Positions 12,801-26,299 of a stretch of DNA of 64,000 bases are shown here, piece by piece. The position numbers and the translations under genes were made by a program. The notes under the pieces were generated by a model. The model did no database searches. It saw only the letters and a list, made by a program, of their open reading frames with translations, and was not told the DNA's origin. The DNA lies in contig NC_068986.1 of assembly GCF_001194135.2 (NCBI RefSeq), forward strand, positions 22,140,020-22,204,019. Reading direction: 5' to 3'. Positions within the stretch are counted from its first letter, which is position 1. Every line of letters begins with the position of its first letter. The DNA is from Octopus bimaculoides. Taxonomy: Eukaryota.

Positions 12801-13259
12801 ACACACAAAACCACTCCCACCATCACCTCCACCAGTTATTGTTTGCCCAAACTATTATTCATAACATTTTCTAGAAGTGTAATTCTTAAACGATAGCTTT
12901 TAACATCCCAGAATTTGATAGAGTTACCCTAAACTTGCAATAGATACATTAAATTCCATCTAAAATATGCTTTCGCTATTCAGGAATAAGAGATAGCAAC
13001 TAAATAAAAGAGATAAGGATGCCTCTAAATCAACACCTTGTGATAGAAAATGCGGATTGTGCCATTCCAGTGTGAAAGATATCAAATCGTCATCATCTGC
13101 CCCCAAAGTTTCTGCACAATGCTACCTTGCTATGAAGTATATTGTTACCAAATCTAATTACATTGCTATTCATAAGAATTGTCCTGATGGTTACCAAAGG
13201 CACACCAGAACAAGAAGATGGCCATAGCTTTAAAGATAAGAAACAATGGTGGACCATTC

Positions 13260-13545
13260 CTATCATCATCATCATTGTTTAACATCAGTTTTCCATGCTG
13301 GCATGGGTTGGACGGTTTGACCGGGGTCTGGGAAGCCAGGAGGATGTACCAGGCCCCAATCTGATCTGGCAGTGTTTCTACAGCTAGATGCCCTTCCTAA
13401 CGCCAACCACTCCGAGAGTGTAGTGGGTGCTTTTTATGTGCCACCAGCACGGAAACCAGTCAAAGCAGCACTGGCATCGGCCACGTTCGGATGGTGCTTT
13501 TTACATGCTACCAGCATGGGGCTCACAACTACAATTTCCATTTGA
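13260..13545 (-). mobile_element. SINE-like family C ((GAT)n tail)
   Basis: Other copies or fragments at about 8405-8575(-), 9320-9450(+), 10290-10500(+), 27090-27335(+), 28190-28420(+), 39875-39990(-), 44860-45150(-), 46330-46560(-), 50475-50630(-), 60530-60720(-). Confidence 0.7.
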
Positions 13546-13609
13546 TTTGATTTTGATATTGCTGATGTTGATAAAAACAACAATCCAATACGAAAATATC
13601 TGATATTCT

Positions 13610-13820
13610 TTTCTCCTCTAAGCACGAGGCCCAAAATTTTTGGGGAGGGGGCCAGTCAATTAGATCAACCCAGTATGCAACTGGTACTTAATTTATCGAT
13701 CCTGAAAGGGTGAAAGGCAAAGTCAACCTTGGCAGAATTTGAACTCAGAACGTAAAGACAGATGAAGTACTGCTCAGCATTTTGCCTGGCATATTAATGT
13801 TTCTGCCAGCTCACCGCCTT
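13610..13820 (-). mobile_element. SINE family B
   Basis: Colinear with the other family B copies. Confidence 0.75.
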
Positions 13821-15149
13821 ATAAAATATCTGATATTGTTCTATGAGGCAAGAAACAAAAGTCATGCACCATTACAGAGGTTAGCTGGCCAGCAGATACA
13901 TCTTGTTCTGGAACAAGAGAAAAATCTTTAGTGAACTATTAGTCAGCCTGCTTAGGACTGTATTTAAAGAGTACAACCACTTAGTGAATGAAAGCATATT
14001 TATTACGAGGTTCCCTCACATTTTGCCTATTAACGATTGGCAAAGAAATCTCTGGAGATTTTAGAAATATGTATGCAAAACACCAAAATTCAAGATGGCC
14101 AAGGCTTACGAAAAGCTTAAGCACTGTTCTCTAACCATATGAGTCATGAGGAAATCTGATTGGTTAAAGAGACATTAAATTAGAGATCATGCTTCAAGTA
14201 ATTTGAACTTGCATTCTTTCTATTCAAAACACGTTTTTAGTCTGATTCACTGTATGTGCAATACCGAGGTTATTTTTATACTACTTAAAAAAATATATTT
14301 CAAGACTAAATTTACATTTCATGTCCTTGTGCTATATATGCCCAACTCCAACAAATGAGTCAGGTTGATTTGAGTTGTATTTGAAAGAACACGTGGCATA
14401 GAATTAAGATTTGAGAGTTTCCAAGTTGCTCCTGGATAATGAAACACAAGATTGTTATTTTTCAGGTTTCACAGAAATTCCTCCTGTAAGAGGTTGAAAC
14501 TCTCAAAACATTCCAACCTTTCTAACATGACTCTGAACGCAAACCTAAACTGGAATTGCTGTATGATTTGCCATCAAGATGTTGCTGAACATTTGAAATG
14601 CCTCTTGCAGAGCCTTAGTTCAAGGGGTCACAAGACAGATGCCTACACATCATATCTTAATGGGCAGTCTCAGGCAACTGGTGCTCTTTCAGTGCAACCT
14701 ATTCAAGTAGTGCTGACAATGTTGACAAACTGGATTTGTATTCTGCTTTTTAGCATAAACGTTGCTATTTTAAACACATTTGTGAGTACAGGTGAAAAGG
14801 ATGAGGGAGGCTACAGTCCTAACATGTACCTCTACTCCATTCTTCCTCACTCACAGCAGGTCCCTCCATTCTCTCTTACATGCCTATCCATACACTCCAT
14901 GTCCTCACATATCTACCATACCCCACTTCCAGCCACTCTAATTTCTCATCACTTGAAACAGTCATGTATGTCTTCCCTATCTCTAAACATATCCTACCAA
15001 CTCTTATGGAACATCCCCCCCTCTATCTCCTCTGTATTACTTGCACTCTTCAACCAACTGCTCCCTGAGGGTAGGTCTCAATACATCTCCAACACCATTT
15101 ATTTCTTTCTCTCTCACTCAGACTGACCCTCTACCATACTCTAACCTCT

Positions 15150-16005
15150 TGCCCAGCACACAGTCACTTACTTCAGTTCCACTCCCTCTCTCTGTTCTGC
15201 AAGTTACTTGGCAAACCCACTGCTGCTGGTACCACATAAAAAGCACCTGTGATTGTCCCATGTAAAAAGTACCTGTGCTGGTACCACACGAAAAGCCCCT
15301 GTACTAGAGCCACATGAAAACCCACCTGTGCTGGTGCTACATGAAAAGCACCTGTGCTGGTACCACATAAAAAGCACCTGTGCTGGTACCACATAAAAAG
15401 CACTTGTGCTGGTACCACATAAAAAGCACCTATGCTGGTATCATATACATAGCTCCTATGCTGGTGCCACATAAAATCCACCTGTGCTGGTGCCACATGA
15501 AAAGCACCTGTGCTGGTGCCACATGAAAAGCACCTGTGCTGGTACCACATGAAAAGCACCTGTGCTGGTACCACATAAAAAGCACCTGTGCTGGTACCAC
15601 ATAAAAAGCACCTATGCTGGTATCATATACATAGCTCCTATGCTGGTGCCACATAAAATCCACCTGTGCTGGTGCCACATGTAAAGCACATGTGCTGGTA
15701 ACACATGAAAAGCACCTGTACTGGTGCCACATGAAAAGCACCTGTGCTGGTACCACATAAAAAGCCCCTATACTGGAACCACTTAAAAAGCACTTGTGCT
15801 GGTGTCACATAAAGAAAGTCCTTATGCCGGTCCCAGATAAAAAAAAAAACATCCAGTACACTCTATAAAGTGGTTGACGTTAGGAAGGACATTGAGCTGT
15901 AGAAACTATGCCAAAACAGACAATTGGAACCTGATGCTGCTCTCCTGTCAAATCACCCAACCCATGTTACCATGGAAAACAGATATTAAATGATGATGAT
16001 GATGA
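15150..16005 (+). mobile_element. SINE-like family C copy carrying an expanded 26-bp minisatellite
   Basis: Family C hallmarks GGTTGACGTTAGGAAGGAC..GCTGTAGAAAC and AACCCATG..CATGGAAA..TTAAATGATGATGAT follow the array. Confidence 0.75.
15223..15832 (+). repeat. 26-bp minisatellite (GTGCTGGTACCACATAAAAAGCACCT), about 23 units
   Basis: Directly visible. Explains the periodic ORFs 15173-15574, 15204-15392 and 15430-15756. Confidence 0.95.
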
Positions 16006-16379
16006 TCACACACACACACACAAACAAATATGCTGCAGTTCTGATGTTTCACAAGTCATGCTCTGAACTAATTTGAATTTAAACATGTGTTTCCGTCATA
16101 CCAAAATATTTATACTCAATTCTATCTGTCACATTCCATTACACGCATTCTTATCTGTCCTGTGCCACTGCTGCCATTCACTGTAACACTTACCATATGA
16201 ATCACACAGTCAGTTTATTATATACAATATATAAGTAAACTTATCATCTGCATATATTGACATTCCTGAAATACATTTAGCAAACACAAATTCTAGCACC
16301 ACATGGTCTTATGTAACAGTGAATTTATATATATATATATATATACATACACACACACACACACATACATATATATATA

Positions 16380-16757
16380 CTCTTTTACTCGTTTCAGTCA
16401 TTTGACTGTGGCCATACTGGAGCACTGCCTTAAAGGGTCTTAGTCAGAGAAATCAATGCCAGGACTTATTCTTTGTAAGCCTAGCACTTATTCCATTGGT
16501 CTCTTTTGCCAAGCTACTAAGTTACGGTGCCACCAGCATAAGTTGTCGAGCAATGGTAAGGAAACAAACACAGACGCACACACACATGCATATGTACAAC
16601 AGGCTTCTTTCAGTTTCCGCCTACCAAATCCACTCAGAAGGCTTTGGTTGACCCGAGGATATAGTAGCAGACACTTGCTCAAGGTGGCACACAGTGGGAC
16701 TGAACCCAGAACCATGTAGTTGGGAAGCAAACTTCTTACCACACAGCTATGCCTGCA
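16380..16757 (-). mobile_element. SINE family A
   Basis: Reverse complement of the family A consensus. Confidence 0.8.
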
Positions 16758-16814
16758 CCTATTTACACCAGTTTAGCATCTACTTGACTATTCCAAGGAT
16801 AGTAAAATCCCAAG

Positions 16815-16945
16815 GCATGGCTGTTGCCAAGATGTTTGTTTCGCAACTATTGCATGGCATCTTGATAGAGTGTCTTCTACTATATAGCTCTAATCTTACC
16901 AAAGTTTTGTGAGTGGATTTGATAACAGGAAACTGAATGAAGTCC

Positions 16946-17035
<90 letters not shown>

Positions 17036-17230
17036 TCCCTACCCACCGCTACTTGACTACTGTGTTGGTTTATGTCCCCATAACTTAGGAGTTTGGCAAA
17101 AGAGACTGACAGAGTAAGTACCAGACTTTAAAAAAAAATTAAGTTGTGGAGTCAATTTGTCCAACTAAAAATAAAACTCTCTAAGACAGTGCTCCAGCAT
17201 GGCCACAGTCTTATGAATGAAACAAGTAAA
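16815..17230 (+). mobile_element. SINE family A with expanded (TG)n (about 16948-17032)
   Basis: Decayed head plus intact tail. Confidence 0.75.
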
Positions 17231-18054
17231 AAAAGATACCTTAAAACTTACACAAAATTTTTGAAGATAAGCTAGCTCTGTATATGAAACTGAGGTTGTA
17301 CATGCAGTTGAAGAACATTCTTCTTAAATTCAGAAATCAACTAAATTTAATGGGGAAGCACAGAATCGTGTTTTGCTTTATATTTATTACAATAAACATA
17401 ACTATTTCTCACATAAAATTCTCCAAACACAGTTTTATCTATTTTAATATGTAAACAGACAATTAATGTTACTTTAAAAGCTTTTTAATAATTTGATATC
17501 ATTTCCATAATTTGCCTCTTAAAACTATATTCCACAAATTAAAACACATCCAGAATTAATGCAATTTGTAATTTGATTTCTCCACTTGATGATGACGAGG
17601 ATGTGTGTATACTTATTTCAATACAAAGAAACTATTTTAATTAGAGTTATAACATACTTAAATTTCTAATTTCATCTTAATCACAAATATCCTGAGATAT
17701 TAATTAGCATTAGTTTCCAAAATTTTCACCCATCATTTGAATATTAGCATACTCTATTTTGCCTTCACCCACCACACCCTCTCAACATTTTTTCCTTCTA
17801 CATGAATGTGTTCAAAATTTATTTCATTCCCAGATCTACATTCTCGAATTTCTTTCACCTTTTATGGATGTAATACTTCACTTTATTCAGGTTTAGTCAT
17901 ATATATACATATGTTTTGTCTATTATCTCCTTAAAATGATATGTATATTAAGACTATAGTCGTGTTTGCGGAAGAAAAGCATGAGCTCCAGCCAACAGCT
18001 GATGAAGGAAATGCCCTGCAGTGCAAACTCTATGTAGAATATATACACATGCAC

Positions 18055-18092
<38 letters not shown>

Positions 18093-18281
18093 GTTTGTGT
18101 GTGTACATATATGTGTGTGTAAACTCCTCCCCCCGCGCAACACTCAAAGAGAAACCAAAACTATTTCAAAAGAACTCTGATACAAAAAAAACAAAAANNN
18201 NNNNNNNNNNNNNNNNNNNNNNNNNNNNNNNNNNNNNNNNNNNNNNNNNNNNNNNNNNNNNNNNNNNNNNNNNNNNNNNNN

Positions 18282-18333
<52 letters not shown>

Positions 18334-20040
18334 TGGAAAATAGAAAGTCGATAATGCACTAAAAGTTTTCTTTTTTTAATCTAATTTTGGAATGTAGCAC
18401 TATTAAATGCTTTAGCATAATTCCAATATACAATACATAACAAAACAGTCATAATTCTGTGCTTATCAGTTTCATCTATAATTGAGTATTTTTCAAGGTT
18501 TACTAAGTATTTTTATCTAATCTCATTAAAAAAAAAATATTTTTCAATAATTTCAAAACCAATATAAAATAATAAAACAAGAATAATCCCCATAATCCCC
18601 ATGTTGTCTCTATAGTGGCCTTGCACTCCAAAGAAGAGTAACCCAACACCATCAACAAATAAGGTAGTTGCACACAAAGGGAATTCCTGTCTCAATATAC
18701 TGATAATTGCAGAAGACAAACTCTGCCAAATTTTTACTATTTTCCCCCTTCTTTATCAATGGAGCAATAACGAATAAACATAGAAATGCAATTAAGCAAC
18801 TAGTATGAACCAAAATTAAATGCATTGTTTTAATTGACATAACTTAATCGTGTCCTTTAATAAATTTTTGGCTTAACCTGAAGCAGTAGAAGACACTTAA
18901 CAAAGGCGTTGCACACTAATTGAACCTAGAGTCACATGATTGTAAAGTAAACTGCTTAACCACACAGCCACTCATGTGCAGGCATTTGTTGTTCATTATT
19001 TTTATCAGTAATGTATCAGTCCCTCACATGTTGTTAATTTGCATTGTTGCTATCAAGATTCAACCAAGTCTATTTATACCAGAGAAAATCATTCTACCCT
19101 TTCTACCACTCACTTATCTCTTTACCAAACATAAAGAAAACACTCTCTCAAATTAGGATCAGCTGCATCCTTTCTTGCTCTGAAACTATCTTATTTTTAC
19201 CATTCACCAATGAGAACCCAACTTCCTCTCCTACTTTCATTTGCATCTGTGCCAAATCTGTGCAACATATTTTCTATTTCCACTTTGTAATTTTCCTAAT
19301 CATTATTGTTATCTTGTTTGGCTCTAATGCCAGCCTCACAGGACACTATGGATCTACTCAGAATACCATAACATCCTACTATCTCAAAGATGGAAAGACA
19401 TACAGAACAACATAGTCTTAAATAGACAATAAGGCAAGGTGCATAGCTGCAACACCTCTGATTATAGATCTGCTTGATCAAGGCTTATCTGGGATTAAAT
19501 TACAAGAGCAACAACTGACAGCAAGATTGTGCATATCCACATTAATGTGCATTCCCTGTGCCTCAAATGCATTTTTAATGCATACCTGCTATATTACATA
19601 TTACCTTCCTATAGTGAATTAAAAAATAAAAACTCTTACACTCTCTCTCACATGCACACACAGACATATATGCACACAGATGAAAAGAATTACAAGTGCA
19701 TCTAGTTGAAACCAATTAAAAGTGAGTTAATTATTTTATTCGAAAATCAGTTTGTTTCAAAATGATTTGTGTTCAATTAGTTGCAACCATCTTCAACCTT
19801 GATATTTAATTTGATAATCCTAACATACAGGTAAGAGATGAACTATGCACTAAAACTATACTTCATCTACTACTACTACTACTACTACTACTACAAGCTT
19901 CTCCAGGTTCACACGAGTTCAGTGGTTCCAAAAACTTGCAATGAATTAAATGGAGCAATGATATTTTATTCCCTCCTAACACTTGAAATTCAAATATGAA
20001 AAATATTTTGTCGACCAAGGCAGACAGGTCCACCAGAGAT

Positions 20041-20090
20041 TGGAAAACCCCCAGAGTTTGTGGAAAACCCCCAGAGTTTGTAGAAACCCC
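20041..20090 (+). repeat. 20-bp tandem repeat TGGAAAACCCCCAGAGTTTG x about 2.5
   Basis: Directly visible. Confidence 0.85.
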
Positions 20091-20540
20091 GAGGGCTTTA
20101 ACATGTGTAAGGAGTGTACAGCAAGAGATTGTTTTCATTGATATGCATGTAGTGATTATAATCTTGGAAGCCATATCTCAACTGGAGAATGTGTTTGAAG
20201 TTTCTGCTTGTGGAAGTAGTACATCTCTGAAATAAGATACCTAGTTTACATGTTGAGGATGCCTACGTGAAGAGGGTTAAGGAGGAGTGGAGTAGAAGGG
20301 AAGGGGGGGGAGGGGAGTCTTATCTGTGTTGGAGAGTGTATAAATAAAAGAAAAGTAAGTCATTAATGGAGAAAGAGAAAAGTAGCAGAGATATAACCAA
20401 ACCTTGGGATAACAAAAAGTTGGTTTAATTGGGGTCCTGATAGACATGCTTCTTTTTAGCTTTATTTTTCTTGAGCCCTTGGATGCATAAGGCTAGAACT
20501 GACAAGAAGCTCCTTAGTTATCTTAGCTAAGGTGCTATCT

Positions 20541-20895
20541 TATCTCTTACTTGTTTCAGTCATTAGACTGTGGCCATGCTGGGGCACAAACTTCAATAAT
20601 CTTAGTTGAACAAATCAACTCCAGTACTTTTTTTTTTGTAAAGCCTGGTACCTATTTTATCGGTCTCTTTTGTTGAACTGCTAAGTTAACCACTAAGTTA
20701 TGGGGACATAAACACACCAACATCGGTTGTCAAGTGTTGGGGGACAAACAAACACACACACGATGGGCTTCTTTCAGTTCACACCTACCAAATCCACTCA
20801 CAAGGCTTTGGTCAGCACAAGGCTATAGTAGAAGCCACTTGCCCAAGGTGTCATATTGTAAAACTGAACTGTGTGGTTAGGAAGCAAACTTCTTG
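20541..20895 (-). mobile_element. SINE family A
   Basis: Reverse complement of the family A consensus. Confidence 0.75.
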
Positions 20896-21170
20896 AAGTA
20901 AGGCAAGCATTGAGTGCTTTGCTAAAGCTCTAAAAAGCCAAGGACCACTCATGTGTGTTCTGGAGAGTAAGTCTCTAATAGATTTGATTCTACAGAAGAT
21001 GTAAGGAAGAGGGAAAGATGAGAGAAATGAAAGAGAGAGAGAGAGAAAGAGAGAGAGAAAAAGAGAGCACGAGCGAAAAGACTAAATGAATGATAGCAGT
21101 CAAACAATATATAATGAAATAAAAATTGAGGATGTTGTGTGCTAGATTCTTTTGTTTATATCATTTGTTA

Positions 21171-21212
21171 TGTGTGTGTGTGTGTGTGGGTGTGTGTGTG
21201 TGTGTGTGTGTG
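21171..21212. repeat. (GT)n microsatellite adjacent to the exon 2 donor
   Basis: Directly visible. Confidence 0.97.
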
Positions 21213-21231
21213 TTATTAAAATAGTACTTAC

Positions 21232-21292
21232 CATAATTGAAGTTTCACTCTTTTCCCATCAAGTAAAATTGTGGTTGTCTTTGAATGGACAC
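21232..21292 (-). CDS. RAB40: Rab40 exon 2 (GVHSKTTTILLDGKRVKLQLW)
   Basis: ATAG| acceptor and |GTAAGT donor, 61 nt. KTTTILLDGxRVKLxLW motif; phases match the neighbouring exons. Confidence 0.95.
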
Positions 21293-24200
21293 CTATATGA
21301 AATAACAATAATAAAAAAAAGAGTTTAACAAAGTATAACAATAAAGGCCATTTAGGTTTGTTCCATTTTTTTCTACACATTGTAAGTAGACATTTTTGCA
21401 TATTATATCTTTGATTAAAAAAAGTAATATGATGAAAAAGATAGAAAAAAAAAATGCATTATATTAAGAAGAATTGATTTAACACATATCTCATACATAC
21501 ACACAGAGATATATATACCAATGCTGACATAAATGGAATGAATGCCTGACCTCAATGGTTAGAAATCATGCAAAGCAGCCATGTAGAAAGATTTACCAGC
21601 AACTATCCTATCTCTTCAGCTTTTGATATTTTTTTTTTTATATTTGTGTTTCTATACATCATGAGTGGAATCTTTGTTTTTTCTATTATTTGTTGAGCAA
21701 TTGCATTTTATTCTGCATTTGAGGGAATCTCTATGTAATCAATCTGCTTGTTAAAAATAGCAGCTAAATCTCACTTGTCAAAACTCTTCTCTCTTAAAAA
21801 CAAAGGCATAGTGTGTACAGCCCAAAAAAGACTGAATGATCATGGTTGGAATACCACTGATTATCAGCTTGCTTGATCAGTTTAATGATCAAAGGTTTGA
21901 TCTACTTTCTGTATGCGGCAGACAGAGGCTATTACTTATCACTATCCCTAAAGAGTAACTATAAAAAATTTAAAAAACAACTATGTTATCCACTACTACT
22001 AGAAAAAATATTAAAGGGACTGATGTAATGACACTATATTAATGACAGTAAAGAAATACATTTCATTCTGAATCGAGAACTAGATATATGAAGTTCTTCA
22101 TTGCTCTTATTGACTACAATCAAACACTGTACATTAGGCTTTGCCATCATCCTAACCAAGCAATGAAGAAACGCATACAAATATTGAAAATAAGTTGTCA
22201 AAACCACAATGATATCTGTTAGGCAGCTGATGATGGAAGCATATGTTTGACGTGCTTGTTACTTGTGAATCTTTTATATTGTGTGTTTTCACTGTTGTAA
22301 GCTGTCTTTCATTCTTGTCAGGTTGAACTTGTCAAAGAATTCTTGGTTTCTATGGGGGTTTTGTTGTTTATACTATACCATACATTGATATTGTGTTATT
22401 GTCCTTCATTGGGATTCTAATTATGGCTAGAGTATAACTTATTTAAGGGTTTCTAGTTTAGGAAGGTTTTGTTGCATATAAACTGGTAGTTCATAAAGAC
22501 CTTGCTGCTATACTTTCAAAGTCTGGAAGGGAAGGACAGTACACATAGCATCTTCTATAGCCCCTTCTAAAAGACTTAACTGAGTCCACTTATCAACTTG
22601 TGCCATTTCAGAAGTGAATACAAAATGTAAAACTGTTGACTCTTAAAATCCTTTACTGCAAGAAACAAAAGTCTAGCCTTATTTTAGAAGGACTGAAGCA
22701 CTATGTGTGTTCATTTTCACATTTTTTTTTTCCTGAATTTCTTCAGATTCTTTTCTTCCATTGATTTTCAAGCATTATGGCTGTTAATACTTCAAGTGGT
22801 GACTTAGAATTTAGTGATTATATATTATTTATTTATTAATAATCTAATTAGAGAAAGAGTGTTTGAACTTGGATAAAAAAGAGTGATATTTCAGTGACAT
22901 CTATTAACACCAGCTATTAAAGTGATATTGGGATTTATCGATTGAGAAGGAGTGGTGTTATTATGTAGCTGATAAAGCATCAATGCTTTCATTAGTGAGT
23001 TGTAAGAATAAACAACCGTCCCCTTACAAAAAAAAAATACTGATATATCTTAAATGTAGTGTCTCTGCATACTGAGATTATCAGAAGATCATAATTTGTT
23101 GGGTCTTACAAAATTTTTGAAGGCATATCTTGGAATACTTTTTTGAATAGGAGTAGTGCAACTTCCAAGTTACAGAGACCAATTCCAAGCTATAGCACAA
23201 ATTCAGCCCAGAGACAAGAAATTGATGCACAGGAATCAATATCTTGTAAGTATATATGAAAATACAAAAAAAATAAACTTAACTGTATTCAACCTATTTT
23301 GGAAAGCGAAAGTGACATAACAACAGGTAAAGGCCACATTCACAATGTACACCAAAAGTTATTGTATTGTATCCACAAATTTCATCCAAACTCAAGCAAT
23401 AGTTTATATTCTTATGATTTTTATACAACTTACTGATTTCATCAAAATCTCTAGTATCTACCAGAAATGGGAGATATGTATGTAGAGAGAGAAAGCACTA
23501 CAGAACTGTAAGAGTTACGGTAAATCAAATCAAAACAAAAGGTTATAAAAATGATCATAATCTGTGGCCACTGCTGCCACAAAAAATTTCAGGGTAAAGC
23601 TCCAGAACTTGCATGAAATATATTGTAAAATTTCTTGCATCCTGGATGAAACAAAAAAATTTGAAAATTATTTTGAATCCTAATTGTGTAGGATGACAAA
23701 AGTGCACCTGCTGTAAAACTAACATTGTAGAAATAACATAATCAGTTTAATTGATAAATTTGATGCTATTTAATGAAAACTGGAAAATTATCTTATTTCT
23801 TCTGGAAACCAGTGACACAAAAGAGGAGACATTACATAGAATGGCCAATAGTGGAGTCTGTAAAACTAACCTACATCTCAAAACACTGGAAATCACAAAG
23901 AAGACAGAAACAATGCTTGATAACTTTAAAATTGGTGTTAGGTGGTTATGTGAGTATCATATGGAGAAACATAAACTGCCAGTTGCTAAGCTTGCTTAGC
24001 ACAAAACTGCTGGCAAATTCAAAATTTGCTAGCAGTTTTGTGCAGAGTTACAGGAATTTCAGCATTTTATCATTGAATGATGGGAGGCCATGGAGTACAA
24101 CCTGTCAAATATTGAATATGCAGATCACACCCTTCCAACTTTTGACAACCCCTTCACACAAACATTTGAATTCAAGGGTCAAAAGACAGTCCAAGACCAC

Positions 24201-25093
24201 CAGCAATGAAAGGAACTGTTTTACAGTAATATAACTCACATGGGCAATTACTTATTTCAACATGGACATTTAAAAAAAAAAACAAAAAAACATCTAACTT
24301 ATTTATTATGTATTTTTCTTTAAAAAAAAACCCCAAACAATCTTTGGAGTTTATGTTTTGAACATCAGACATTCAGGATGTGAGGAAAATTTTCTCTTGA
24401 AAAAATCTTAAATTATTTTATTTATTTAGTTTTTAAATCAGAATCTTTACAAAGTGAAAGAGCATTTAAAATTTCCAGAATATAAAAATAAAAATTTTTG
24501 AAAAGCATTTTATATTTTCAGAAAGTAAAGAAATATGCAATTTCGAGGAACATAAATTGTGTTGACACTGTATATAGCATCTATTTATAATATAAATTCT
24601 TGTGCAGATAAAAAAAAAAACTGTTTCATTGCTACCAATATCGGTTTTATTTTCTTGTTACTTCATGTCAACCACAGTGAGCAAAATTTTACTGCATTGA
24701 GTTGAACATAGATCAATACGATCTCTGATGTGAGCAGCCATGCTTGGTGACAATTGTAAACATCATGTGCACAAGCAACATAAAATTTATATCTTTATTG
24801 CATATTTATGAATCATAATGACCATTATCACTATGATAGATAAACCTAACATAATTACAACGACTCCTTGTTACACATTAGCTACCTTGGACAGTGGTTA
24901 TATCATACTTCCAGTCATGCAATCACAAATTTGACTATGGACTGGGGCCAGGAAAAATTAATAATATTTAGTTCTCTTTTATATTACAGACTCCTAATTT
25001 GTAGGTTTGAAAATTGAGGAAATAGACTAATAAATACTGCAGATAAAACAGAGTACCCAAAATGAGAGGACCAGGTACACTGAAACTCTAAGC

Positions 25094-25328
25094 CAGTGAT
25101 TTTCAACTGGGGTTTACATAAGATTTAGTCATTAAAATTTATCTGCAATGAATTGGTTATACTTCTACAAAACACAAAATATTTTATCAATGCTTTTTAT
25201 ACAATTCCTAATAATATTTAATTCTAAAAATTTAAGATTTTTTTAAAACATTGAATGGCTATGGGAGTCCACCTAAGTGAAATAGGAATGAAAGGGGTCC
25301 ATAGGTAAAAAATGGTTGAGAACCACTG
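25094..25328. mobile_element. hAT (Charlie-like) MITE, 235 bp
   Basis: TIRs CAGTGATTTTCAAC / GTTGAGAACCACTG; 8-bp TSD CTCTAAGC / ATCTAAGC (7/8). Confidence 0.8.
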
Positions 25329-26071
25329 ATCTAAGCCAAAACCCAAGTCAATATTCTCTACCTGGTCAAGTTCCTTCTTTATGATTTAGCTGGAGAGTGG
25401 TAACATCCCTACACAAGAAATCTGTCACTCATCAACTTTCATAACTTTTCCTAAAGAGTAGAATTTCTCTCTCTTCCTCTCCACCTGTCTCAGGTGGCAA
25501 CCGAAGAAAACAGAAAAGTTTTAGAAGGGAGGAAAAAAACTGACCTCAACCCTTTCGATCTCATCTTCTACACAATATGTTTTGCTAAAGCTGCCAGACA
25601 GAAAAGTTGCTTGACTTCTCTTGACATTAGTATATTTTCCCAATTAACATACTGACAATGTCAAAATTAGAGATAAACAATACGCAGAAAAGTATGCAAG
25701 AAAAATATTTTTATTTTGTGTAAGACATGAAATAAGTGAAATCATAAACCAATCACTAACATTTAAGGAGACAGGTGTTGTCGGTCAAGATTAACAAGAA
25801 TCAGTTCAGTAAAAAACAAAAATAGGTTCAAAAACTGAGACATTACTTGAAACAAATAAGGGTTAGCGTTAAGAAAGGAAACTTCCAGCACAACTCCTCC
25901 TCAAGCTTCAAGAAGTTTTGACCGTCTCGATCCAGCATGGAAAGCACAGATGAAAAATGATGATGATCGTGTTTTTATAAGCAGAGCTAGTATAGAAAGA
26001 TGTCATGATTATGTTGAAAGCAATAAGAAATTCATATAAGAAAGTAATAAACAATCTATTACTTAAATTTA

Positions 26072-26299
26072 TTAACCCTTCAGCATTTAGATTACTCTGT
26101 CACATAACGCTTATATATTCACATTGTTTTGAATTAATCATGCATTATCTCACAGCTTTGAAAATTTTGATGATGTGATTGTTTATCTTTAAAATGTCAT
26201 AGTAAAGTAAATGTGAGAGTCTGGATCTGAACTGTTTGAACATACAACGTAAAATATTCGAGCTGGATATGGCCAGTTTAAACACTTAAGTAGAATTAA
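26072..26299 (+). mobile_element. piggyBac-like MITE family 1 (about 228 bp)
   Basis: TTAA|CCCTT start; homologous to copies at 34440, 48328 and 49315 that end AAGGG|TTAA or a close variant. Confidence 0.65.

Noticed and set aside
15173-15756. Periodic ORFs (MVPAQVLFMWYQHRC...) and a CRISPR-like appearance
   Set aside because: Pure 26-bp tandem repeat with no spacers, inside a SINE, in a eukaryote with no cas genes.
17960-18035. CTGATGA-containing hammerhead candidate (also 22225 and 59768)
   Set aside because: No GAAA after a stem II and no consistent stem I/III pairing.
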